Source of the DNA: an uncultured Clostridia bacterium
GTDB taxonomy: Bacteria; Bacillota; Clostridia; Oscillospirales; Ruminococcaceae
Direction of reading: 5' to 3'
NCBI GenBank assembly: GCA_947627235.1
Contig: CANQVG010000009.1
Span: 2,376-66,375 of the forward strand
DNA length: 64,000 nt
The notes beneath the pieces are model-generated. The model ran no database searches. It was not told the DNA's origin and saw nothing but the letters and a program-made list of their open reading frames with translations. The translations under genes were made by a program, and so were the position numbers. Shown here one piece after another: positions 34,066 through 42,526 of the stretch; the stretch's first letter is position 1; each line of letters starts with the position of its first letter.

Positions 34066-35093
34066 TGGCTGAAACCAACAATGCGGCTGTCGAGACTGCT
34101 CCCGAGGTCAAGGCTGAAAAGGTAAAGACCCCAAAGGCTCCTAAGCCCGCAAAAGCCGAAAAGGCTCCCAAAGAGCCAAAGGTCAAAAGTCAGAAAGGTC
34201 TTCGTATTCCATATGAAAAGCGTAAAGCGCTGTACGCTTACGGCTTTCTGGCAATCTGGATCATCGGTTCTCTGTATTTCTTCATAAGGCCGCTCCTCGT
34301 ATCGCTTTGGTATTCATTTAACGAAACCGCGGTTAAGCTGGGCTATATGGAAACAAAGTTCATCGGTATCCGGAACTACATCTCGGCATTTCGTGAGAAC
34401 ACCGAATACACCGAAGCCCTCCTTGCGGTTCTCTCAAATACCGCTTGGAAGACCCCGCTTATAATCATCTTCTCGATATTCATAGCGGTAATACTTAACC
34501 AGAAGTTCCGCGGCAGAACCTTTGCCCGTGCGGTATTCTTCCTCCCCGTTATCATAGCGACCGGTCCTGTTTTAAGCATAATCAACGGCGATATGGACAC
34601 GTCGGGATATTCGGGAGGCGCCGAGCAGTTCTCCACGATGTTCGAGACGGATATGACGGGCGCTCTGTTCAACTTCCTCGGAGTTTACAACATAAGCGAT
34701 AAAGTCACGGATATGATTTCAACGGTCACCTCCAACGTCTTCAATCTTGTGTGGAACTCCGGTATCCAGATAATTATATTCCTTTCGGCATTGCAGAATA
34801 TACCTTATTCGGCTAAGGAAGCCGCCTCCATTGAGGGTGCAACCGCTTGGGAGTTCTTCTGGAAAATCACTATCCCATACATCAGCCCGATGATAGTTAC
34901 CAACCTTATCTACACCATAGTCGACTCCTTCATTGACCCGAACAACAGCGTTATGACGCTGGTTCTGGATAGGGCGTCAAAATGGTATCACGGGCAATCG
35001 GCGGCAATGGCGTGGGCATACTTTTTGATAGTAATTCTCGCGCTCTGCATAGTTTTGCCGATAATCAACAAATTTGTTTACTACGAAGTATAA
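34065..35093 (+). CDS. carbohydrate ABC transporter permease (MalF-like) with K/P/A-rich N-terminal tail
   Basis: 1-nt overlap with the upstream stop. The N-terminus is KAEKVKTPKAPKPAKAEKAPKEPKVKSQK. It has six TM segments and the EAA context KEAASIEGATAWEFFWKITIP. Confidence 0.82.
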   Translation: MAETNNAAVETAPEVKAEKVKTPKAPKPAKAEKAPKEPKVKSQKGLRIPYEKRKALYAYGFLAIWIIGSLYFFIRPLLVSLWYSFNETAVKLGYMETKFIGIRNYISAFRENTEYTEALLAVLSNTAWKTPLIIIFSIFIAVILNQKFRGRTFARAVFFLPVIIATGPVLSIINGDMDTSGYSGGAEQFSTMFETDMTGALFNFLGVYNISDKVTDMISTVTSNVFNLVWNSGIQIIIFLSALQNIPYSAKEAASIEGATAWEFFWKITIPYISPMIVTNLIYTIVDSFIDPNNSVMTLVLDRASKWYHGQSAAMAWAYFLIVILALCIVLPIINKFVYYEV

Positions 35094-35107
35094 GGGAGGG
35101 ATATTGA

Positions 35108-36265
35108 ATGGCAACCGCAAAAGAAGAAAGACTGTTCGCCAAAGAGCGTGAAAAAGCTCTTAAAGAGCGCGCTAAGGCTTATAAAGCAGCCAAAAAGGCG
35201 GGTACTCTTGACGAACGCATTATCTCGCCCGAGCATATCAGATATATGCGCCGCAGAGCGATTATCAGCAAGGTTTGGCCCTTCTTCCGTTTCCTGATAC
35301 TGTTCGGCCTCTGCTTCGTAATTCTCTATCCCCTTATCTACATGTTTTCCACGGCATTCAGACCCAACGTTCAGATGAACGACCCGTCGGTCATCTGGCT
35401 GCCTAAGTCGTTTACCATCAGCAACATGATAGATGTCTGGGAGACTATGGACTTCGGTCCCACCCTCTGGAACACCATTAAGCTCAACATCGTCTGCTCA
35501 CTTCTCTCGGTAGTTGTATGCGCGCTCACCGGCTACGGTCTCGCGAGATTCAACTTCAAGGGAAAAGGTATCTGCTTCGCGCTGGTCATTATGCAGATAA
35601 TCGTTCCTCCGCAGATAACCGTTATACCTCTTTATCTGCAATATGCCTTCTTCAAGGGCTTCGGTCTTATAAAGCTTCTGCACGTTCTCGGTCTGAAACA
35701 GATTGTTTACAGCGCATCTCAGCAGCCCAAGCCCATTCAGGAGATTATGGATCCCGTAACCAACGCTGGTACGGGGCAGTGGTACGTTTCGCTCATCAAT
35801 ATTCCGATAGTTATGTATGCCCCCGCGATTTTCGCAAACGGCATCAAGTCGGGTCTGTTTATCTTCATCTTCCGTCAGTTCTTCCGCGGACTGCCGATAG
35901 AGCTTGAAGACGCCGCCTATCTCGACGGCTGCGGCCCGTTCAAGACATTTATCAGAATTATGGTTCCTAACGCTTCCACTTCGTTCCTCACGGTCTTCCT
36001 CTTCGCAATAGTCTGGTACTGGAACGACTTCTACGTGAGTTCGACGTTCTTCACGAGTAACCATACCGTCGCGCTTCAGCTGCGAAAGCTTTCGGATTCG
36101 CTCGACCAACGACTGTTCAGCGGTCAGCAGGTCGGCACGAGAAAGAAAATCGTCTGGCTTGAGTCAGGATGTCTTTTGTCAATAGCGCCGATTCTCGTTA
36201 TGTATGTGTTCTTGCAGAAATACTTCACCGAGGGTCTTGCAAGGTCCGGTCTTACCGGTATGTAA
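35108..36265 (+). CDS. carbohydrate ABC transporter permease (MalG-like) with basic N-terminal tail and an enlarged extracytoplasmic loop
   Basis: 385 aa. The N-terminus is KEERLFAKEREKALKERAKAYKAAKKAG. The EAA context is LEDAAYLDGCGPFKTFIRIMVP. Confidence 0.82.
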   Translation: MATAKEERLFAKEREKALKERAKAYKAAKKAGTLDERIISPEHIRYMRRRAIISKVWPFFRFLILFGLCFVILYPLIYMFSTAFRPNVQMNDPSVIWLPKSFTISNMIDVWETMDFGPTLWNTIKLNIVCSLLSVVVCALTGYGLARFNFKGKGICFALVIMQIIVPPQITVIPLYLQYAFFKGFGLIKLLHVLGLKQIVYSASQQPKPIQEIMDPVTNAGTGQWYVSLINIPIVMYAPAIFANGIKSGLFIFIFRQFFRGLPIELEDAAYLDGCGPFKTFIRIMVPNASTSFLTVFLFAIVWYWNDFYVSSTFFTSNHTVALQLRKLSDSLDQRLFSGQQVGTRKKIVWLESGCLLSIAPILVMYVFLQKYFTEGLARSGLTGM

Positions 36266-36278
36266 ATTTCAGTTTGCA

Positions 36279-36309
36279 AAGCCTGCCGTCTTTTACGGGC
36301 GGCAGGCTT
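36279..36309 (+). terminator. internal hairpin (weak terminator or processing/stabiliser site)
   Basis: A 10-bp stem (aagcctgccg / cggcaggctt) followed only by taaaatctt, with no clean T-run. Confidence 0.35.
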
Positions 36310-36350
36310 AAAATCTTAATATGGAAAAGTCTGCGGGAGTGTTGTTTAAA

Positions 36351-37949
36351 ATGAATAGATTTATAATAATGCTCCTCTGCGGGCTTATTTTGCTGTCGGG
36401 ATGCTCTTACGAAACTCCTTTGCAGACCGGCGCCGGCGAATTGTCGGACGCTGCATCACAAAGCCGGTCTGAAAGTGTCGGGCAAACAACGGTTTCAGAA
36501 TATCAAAGCACGTCGGAAACAACCGTTTTGCCGGAGCCGCAGGTCCCGCACTATCAGGAGATAGCGGCAGTTAAGGTCGACTACGAACAGACGGAGGTTC
36601 GTCAGTTCATTGAGGCTGAGGACGGAATCATAGGCGGCGGCGCCGAAAAGACCGACTCCCGCGAGGGGTATTCGGGCAGCGGATGCGTCTTTGGAATATT
36701 CGGCGGCGGAAGCGTTGTGCTTGAAGCACAGATACCCGCGCCGCAGCATTACAGCATAACCGTAAGGGCTGCGTCCGACACGCAGGCGTCCGCGAGCTTC
36801 ACGGTAAACGGCGTATCCCGAGGAGAATTTACGGTCTCGGGCAGCGGCGACTTCGAGGCGGTAAGGTTTGACAACATCTACCTGACAAAGGGGACCGTGC
36901 AATTCGGCTTTACGGATTTCAGCGCCGATATATACCTTGACTGCATACTGATCGAGGATTCGGAGGACGTTCTGAATCTGAGCTATAAGACAGGCGGCGC
37001 GCTCTCTAACAGGTATAGCGACGAAAGCGCAAAAAAGCTTTACGGCTACCTGATGTCCTGCTATGGAAGCAGGGTTTTAAGCGGGCAGCAGTGCTCGCAG
37101 GGCAGCAATTCCGAGCTTGACGCCGTGTATGAGTTGACAGGAAGATACCCCGCGATACGCTTCGGCGAGCTTATGGACTATACTGTCGGCGGCGACACGG
37201 GAGACATCGAGCTTGCGCTTGACTGGGCAAAGTCGGGAGGAATAGTAGGCTATGTCTGGAACTGGCCGATGGCAGGTTCGGTATATCAGAGCCGTACCGC
37301 TTTCGACCTTGAAAAGGCGGTTACTTCTTTAGACATCGCCGCTATGGAAGACGGCGCTCTCGCTATGAGGTATGACGCCGGAGACATTTCCGCGGAGACC
37401 CTCGCTGTGATAGACGGTATCGACAGGGTTGCCCGGCAGCTTTTGAGACTGCATGATGCGGGAGTTGCGGTGATTTTCAGACCGCTGCCTGAGGCGAGCA
37501 GCGGGCAGTTCTGGTGGTCAAAGAGCGTCGAAAGCTATCTTTGGCTTTATCGCCTCATATATGAGCGTATGACCCTTTACTGGGACCTCGGCAATCTTAT
37601 CTGGGTCTGGAACGGTCAAAACGCAGAATGGTACGTCGGCGACAGTTTTGCCGACATAATTTCGCTCGACATTTATTACCCCGAGAGCGAAGCTCCCGCT
37701 CAGCCGAGCGGAATAAACTTTATGCTCGCGGCTGCAAAGATTTCAGCCGAAAAGCCCGCAGCCATAAGCGAATGTTCCGACCTGCCGAACCCCGACAGCA
37801 TCGCCGTTGACAGGGCATACTGGAGCTTCTGCTCCGCTTGGACCGGCGACTATGCAGTCGGCGGTAAATATATGCAGGACAGCGAGTGGGTGCAGTTTTA
37901 CAACAGCGAAATAGTTATCGCTAAGGATGAAATTGAATACAATGGGTAA
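36351..37949 (+). CDS. lipoprotein: CBM6/35-like module + GH26-like catalytic domain
   Basis: The start is taken at MNRFIIMLLCGLILLSGC (lipobox). The CBM-like block is FIEAEDGIIGGGA...GYSGSGCV...HYSITVRAAS. GH26-like motifs are VIFRPLPEASSGQFWW, LIWVWNGQ, ISLDIYYPE and AISECS. Confidence 0.6.
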   Translation: MNRFIIMLLCGLILLSGCSYETPLQTGAGELSDAASQSRSESVGQTTVSEYQSTSETTVLPEPQVPHYQEIAAVKVDYEQTEVRQFIEAEDGIIGGGAEKTDSREGYSGSGCVFGIFGGGSVVLEAQIPAPQHYSITVRAASDTQASASFTVNGVSRGEFTVSGSGDFEAVRFDNIYLTKGTVQFGFTDFSADIYLDCILIEDSEDVLNLSYKTGGALSNRYSDESAKKLYGYLMSCYGSRVLSGQQCSQGSNSELDAVYELTGRYPAIRFGELMDYTVGGDTGDIELALDWAKSGGIVGYVWNWPMAGSVYQSRTAFDLEKAVTSLDIAAMEDGALAMRYDAGDISAETLAVIDGIDRVARQLLRLHDAGVAVIFRPLPEASSGQFWWSKSVESYLWLYRLIYERMTLYWDLGNLIWVWNGQNAEWYVGDSFADIISLDIYYPESEAPAQPSGINFMLAAAKISAEKPAAISECSDLPNPDSIAVDRAYWSFCSAWTGDYAVGGKYMQDSEWVQFYNSEIVIAKDEIEYNG

Positions 37950-38019
37950 ATGATATTTATTATATTACTTACCGTATAAATATATTTTACAATATTCGCC
38001 GCGGAATATAAATCAGCTA

Positions 38020-38048
38020 TTGATTTATTCCGGAATTTCTGGTAAAAT
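38020..38048 (+). promoter_or_regulatory. candidate internal promoter in an AT-rich gap, overlapped by palindromes
   Basis: TTGATT 38020-38025, a 17-nt spacer, then TAAAAT 38043-38048. The inverted repeat ggaatataaatca / tgatttattcc (38003-38031) and the palindrome ttccggaa (38028-38035) overlap the -35 element. Confidence 0.45.
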
Positions 38049-38095
38049 AAAAATAATTTCAATATGGTCGTTTTACTTTATTTAGGAGGAACGTT

Positions 38096-39145
38096 ATGAA
38101 ACTGTCAAGGATTGTTTCGCTCGCGCTCGCTGCGGCGTTTGCGCTGACTGCGCTGAGCGGCTGTTACTTTCTGCCCGAGGAAGAGGAGCTTTTGGAGGCT
38201 CCCGTCGTAAAGGCGAGCGAAGTGTCATACACCACAACCACCGCCGAGCTGAAGGACATCACCCGTCAGGTGCTGACTCCGGGAACAATAGCTTCCGGTA
38301 CCAAATACGACGCCCGTTTTTCCGATGTCGGCGGCAATATTAAAGCGGTATACGTCTCTGCCGGAGATATGGTCGAGAAAGGGCAGCTTCTTGCCGAGTT
38401 CGATACATACGAGCTTGACCAGCAGATTAAGCTTATGGAGATGCAGATTACCCGCGAAAAGCTTGAATACGAGATTGCCGTTGAAAAGCACGAGTCTGAG
38501 AACGTGAAGGCAAAAGAGCAGCTCGACGTAGACCTTATGCAGCTCGACCTTGACAAGCTCTATGCCGAAAAGGAGGCAGCGAAGCTTTATTCGCAGGTTT
38601 CGGGAACGGTTTCTTATGTGATGACCTGCTCTCCGGGCGACTGGGTCAACCCCGGTGTGACCGTCGTGACTGTAATAGACATAACCGACCTCTATATTGA
38701 GATAAATCCCAACAACGAAGTTCCGGAATTTCTCATAGGCAGACCTATAACCATTCGCTACAACGGCGAATACTTCGACGGCACAATTGTTAGGAACAAG
38801 ACCGGACGTCAGTGGGACGCCGAAGCTAAAGGCGCCCTGACAGACGATGCGGGCGAGGATATTCTTGCCGAGCAGTCCGAGTCGATAGTCGTCAAGTTCA
38901 ACGACATAATCCCCGAGTCCTCCGCTGTCGGAAATATAGCGGATACTATTCTGATACTTGACAAGCGCGAGAACGTCATCGTAATCTCCGCAAACCTCGT
39001 GAAAAAGGTGGATGGGGTTGATTGCGTATATGTATTCAAGGACAACGAAAGAATAAAGGTCAACGTTACTCTGGGTCTCAAGAGCGGGTCGCTCGTTGAA
39101 ATAACCTCCGGTCTGGAGCCCGGCGATGAGGTTATCATTCGCTGA
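38096..39145 (+). CDS. lipoprotein membrane-fusion (HlyD/MacA-type periplasmic adaptor) protein
   Basis: Lipobox LTALSGC. It has a biotinyl-lipoyl-like hairpin (VSAGDMVEKGQLLAEFD), a coiled-coil segment and a C-terminal beta-barrel region. Confidence 0.72.
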   Translation: MKLSRIVSLALAAAFALTALSGCYFLPEEEELLEAPVVKASEVSYTTTTAELKDITRQVLTPGTIASGTKYDARFSDVGGNIKAVYVSAGDMVEKGQLLAEFDTYELDQQIKLMEMQITREKLEYEIAVEKHESENVKAKEQLDVDLMQLDLDKLYAEKEAAKLYSQVSGTVSYVMTCSPGDWVNPGVTVVTVIDITDLYIEINPNNEVPEFLIGRPITIRYNGEYFDGTIVRNKTGRQWDAEAKGALTDDAGEDILAEQSESIVVKFNDIIPESSAVGNIADTILILDKRENVIVISANLVKKVDGVDCVYVFKDNERIKVNVTLGLKSGSLVEITSGLEPGDEVIIR

Positions 39146-39193
39146 CCGTTACAATACGACATCCCTTTGCCGACCATTTCAGGAGGACACTAA

Positions 39194-42013
39194 ATGCTGA
39201 CACTATTACTGCGGAAAATGCGGAATACAAAGTGGATGGTCATATGTCTGTTAATCGGCTTCATTATGGCCACCGCTATGACCAGCACAATTCCGATATA
39301 TATGCATGCGTCGCTTCAGCGCATGCTCATCAAGGATATGCAGGCATATCAGGAAGATAAAGGTGAATATCCCGGCGTTTATGCCGTTTCCAAGACGATA
39401 CTCGGCGGAACAAGCCCGAAAAATCAGCGTGCAAACGTCAACAACGTATATGCCCGCGCGGCGAACCGCTTCAACGACCTTTTGGTGCCTTATCTCACCT
39501 ATAAGTGCTTTACCTGCGACTCTTATCTGTATGTCTCGAATATAGAGAGCGAATCGGGAGAGGTCTCGATGCTCAAGCTCGGTGCGATGACCGATATTGC
39601 CGACCATATCAAAATAGTTTCGGGCAGAATGTTTGAACCGGGACAGGACGAGAACGGCGTATATGAGGTCATCTGTACCGAACGCGCTCTTCAGCTCGGT
39701 CAGGTTACGACCGATCAGGTCTATGAGCTTAAGAATATGATTGAGAAAGACAGGGGCAGTGTAAAGGTAAAAATAGTAGGCGTTTTCGAGATAGCCAACG
39801 AGACCGATACATACTGGTCGGAGGGAATGGGCGACTATGAAAATACCGTTTTCTGCGACTTTAACAACCTCATAGACGAGATGATTTTCACGGGAGCCGT
39901 CAGCCTTAACTCGGTGGACTGCCGCTTTATCATCGACTATCAGAATATAGACATGAACCTCATCGAGCATGTGCGCAACTGCTTTAAGTCTCAGAAAGAG
40001 GTCTACAGCGAAGAAAACACCACTTTTGAAGTCCCCGCTCAGGAGGTTCTGGAGGAATACGCCGGCAAGGCAGCTTCCTTAAGATATATCCTTCTGATGC
40101 TCGACATACCCGTTGTGCTGATGCTGGTATTTTACCTGTTTATGGTTTCACAGCTCAATATCGAGTCGGAGCGCAATGAAATAGCAATGCTCAAATCTCG
40201 CGGCGCTTCTTCGTGGCAGATTATGCGAATCTATGCCTATGAGACCCTTATTCTCGGAGCGATTTCCGCGATTGTAGGACCGTTTGTCGGACTTGGGCTC
40301 TGCAATATACTTGGCGTCTCCAACGGCTTTATGGAATTTGTCAACCGTCCCGCGCTTCACGCGAAGCTCTCGTGGGCGCCGTTTGTCTACGCGATAGCCG
40401 CCGTTGCGGTGTTCTTCGTAACCACCCTCGTGCCGATAATTCCCGCGTCCCGCGTTTCGATAGTAGCGCATAAGCAGTCGAAGGCTCACGAGCAGAAAAA
40501 GCCTTTCTGGCAGCGCTCCTTCCTCGACGTTATCTGCGTTGTACTGCCGGTAGTCTGGCTCTGGTGGTACAACAAAACCAACGAAAATCTCATTCGTCAA
40601 GGCATCGTCGATACTTCCTCGACTATGAACCCGCTGATGTTCGCGGCTTCAACGGTGTTTATCCTCGGCGCGGGTCTTCTGTGCGTGAGGATTTACCCCT
40701 ACTTTATCAGACTCGTCTACGCTATAGGCCGCAAGAGATGGTCTCCCGCGGCGTATATCTCGCTCAATAACATCGGCCGCTCCTCAACAGGGCGTGAGAA
40801 GTTTATAATGATATTCCTCATACTCACGGTTGCTCTCGGAATCTTCTCGGCAAACACCGCCCGAGCGATCAACCGCAATACCGAAGAGAGAATCCGTTAT
40901 AACCTCGGCGCCGACGCGGTTATCACTGAGGCTTGGAAGACCAGCCGCGTCAAGATATATGACGAGGAAGCCGGCGAGGAAACCTCGACCACTCAGTATA
41001 CCGAGCCGGAATTTGAGCGTTATTCGAGTCTTCCGGGCGTGGAGCTTGCGACTCCCGTCTTCCAGCGCGACACCGTCCAGTTGAGATTCAACGACTCAAC
41101 CCAGACCGACGTCCACCTTATGGCGATAGTCCCGGACCAGTTTGCGCAGGTCGCGTGGTTCCGCTCCGACCTCCTGCCGGTACACATAAACTACTACATC
41201 AACGCTTTGAGCGAGTGTCAGGACGGCGTAATCATCTCAAAGTCCTACGCCGACAAGAAGAAAGTGTCGCTCGGCGACGTAATCGAGGTCAAGTGGGCGC
41301 GCAACGGTTGGTTTGAGGCGACCGTCGTCGCGGTAGTTGAATTCTGGCCGAGCCTCAATCCCTACGAAAAGAACTCTGCCGGCGATTACAGAGACTTCGT
41401 GGTGATGAACTACGACTACGTCAACATAATGACGATAACCGAACCGTACGAGGTCTGGCTTGACCTTGAGGATAATGCGGACATCGGGGCGTTCTATCAG
41501 GGAGTTGTAGACAACGACATCACCGCGACCCGTCTTGACGTTGCTTCTCAGCTCATAGTATCGTCCAAGACCGATGCCGTGCTTCAGGGCGTGAACGGCG
41601 CGCTGACTCTCGGCTTCATCACGATAATGGCGATGTGCTTTATAGGCTTCCTCATCTACTGGATACTCTCCATAAAGGGCAGAACACTGCAATTCGGTAT
41701 CCTTAGGGCTATGGGTATGTCGTTCAGAGAGATTATTTCGATGATAATTTACGAGCAAGTGCTCGTTTCGGGAGTTTCGATATTCCTGTCCATCATCATC
41801 GGCGGCATAGCTTCGGACATCTTTGTGCCGCTCTTCCAGGTTCTTTACAACGTCACCGATCAGGTACCGCCTTTCAAGGTTGTGTCCCAGAGGAGCGACT
41901 ACTACAAGCTTTATGCCATTGTAGCGGTAATGCTCATCGTCGGATTTGTTGTAATCGCGAGACTCATCAAGCAAATCAATATCAACAAGGCTCTTAAACT
42001 CGGTGAGGATTAA
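39194..42013 (+). CDS. 939-aa ABC permease with two FtsX domains (MacB/YbbP-like, internally duplicated)
   Basis: Two FtsX signatures (MLKSRGASSWQIMRIYAYETLILG and ILRAMGMSFREIISMIIYEQVLVSG), each preceded by a large extracytoplasmic domain. Confidence 0.82.
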   Translation: MLTLLLRKMRNTKWMVICLLIGFIMATAMTSTIPIYMHASLQRMLIKDMQAYQEDKGEYPGVYAVSKTILGGTSPKNQRANVNNVYARAANRFNDLLVPYLTYKCFTCDSYLYVSNIESESGEVSMLKLGAMTDIADHIKIVSGRMFEPGQDENGVYEVICTERALQLGQVTTDQVYELKNMIEKDRGSVKVKIVGVFEIANETDTYWSEGMGDYENTVFCDFNNLIDEMIFTGAVSLNSVDCRFIIDYQNIDMNLIEHVRNCFKSQKEVYSEENTTFEVPAQEVLEEYAGKAASLRYILLMLDIPVVLMLVFYLFMVSQLNIESERNEIAMLKSRGASSWQIMRIYAYETLILGAISAIVGPFVGLGLCNILGVSNGFMEFVNRPALHAKLSWAPFVYAIAAVAVFFVTTLVPIIPASRVSIVAHKQSKAHEQKKPFWQRSFLDVICVVLPVVWLWWYNKTNENLIRQGIVDTSSTMNPLMFAASTVFILGAGLLCVRIYPYFIRLVYAIGRKRWSPAAYISLNNIGRSSTGREKFIMIFLILTVALGIFSANTARAINRNTEERIRYNLGADAVITEAWKTSRVKIYDEEAGEETSTTQYTEPEFERYSSLPGVELATPVFQRDTVQLRFNDSTQTDVHLMAIVPDQFAQVAWFRSDLLPVHINYYINALSECQDGVIISKSYADKKKVSLGDVIEVKWARNGWFEATVVAVVEFWPSLNPYEKNSAGDYRDFVVMNYDYVNIMTITEPYEVWLDLEDNADIGAFYQGVVDNDITATRLDVASQLIVSSKTDAVLQGVNGALTLGFITIMAMCFIGFLIYWILSIKGRTLQFGILRAMGMSFREIISMIIYEQVLVSGVSIFLSIIIGGIASDIFVPLFQVLYNVTDQVPPFKVVSQRSDYYKLYAIVAVMLIVGFVVIARLIKQININKALKLGED

Positions 42014-42034
42014 CCTTATAAAGGGCGTAATATA

Positions 42035-42457
42035 ATGCTTTCTAAAATCACCTACTTATCAGACCGGCACCCTGTCGCTTTCGGCTTTGCGCTTTTCGGT
42101 ATGCTGAGCATTGTGCCGGAGCTGGCGATGCTGGCGGCGTCGCTCGTAGGTCTCGATATCACATACGTAATAATCGCCTATGCCTTCGCGCTTCAGCTTC
42201 TTTTGTGCTTCGCCGTTGAGCGAACAATTCACCTGATGCTGCCGTTTATAGTCTGTATAATCAGCTTTGTTTTAATGGACGTTTTCTACTTTGCGTCGAT
42301 GATGCTTAGCGGTGTGGTTCCTCCGGGAATAGCTGCGCTTATTATGGCGTTGGGAATGAGCGGCGGAGAGGTCTTTGTGACCGAGGTCATCGGAATAGTG
42401 GCGTCGCTGATATTCTATGCGGTGTTTGTATTCATAAGGGCGCTTTTCAGAAGATAA
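42035..42457 (+). CDS. small 4-TM membrane protein, unknown function
   Basis: 140 aa, almost entirely hydrophobic, and the last gene before the terminator. Confidence 0.45.
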   Translation: MLSKITYLSDRHPVAFGFALFGMLSIVPELAMLAASLVGLDITYVIIAYAFALQLLLCFAVERTIHLMLPFIVCIISFVLMDVFYFASMMLSGVVPPGIAALIMALGMSGGEVFVTEVIGIVASLIFYAVFVFIRALFRR

Positions 42458-42497
42458 AAATAAATCGGGAACTGCTTTCGGCGTTCCCGATTTATTT
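42456..42497. terminator. bidirectional terminator closing the 20-kb locus and the convergent two-component genes
   Basis: aaaaataaatcgggaac...gttcccgatttatttt. Confidence 0.8.
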
Positions 42498-42526
42498 TAC
42501 ATATTGTAATTTTTACTCTAATTATA

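Noticed and set aside
39251-41974. Minus-strand ORFs 39251-39970, 40148-40600, 41237-41974 inside the FtsX permease gene
   Set aside because: These are shadow ORFs. The sense product has two clear FtsX signatures and a consistent TM topology.
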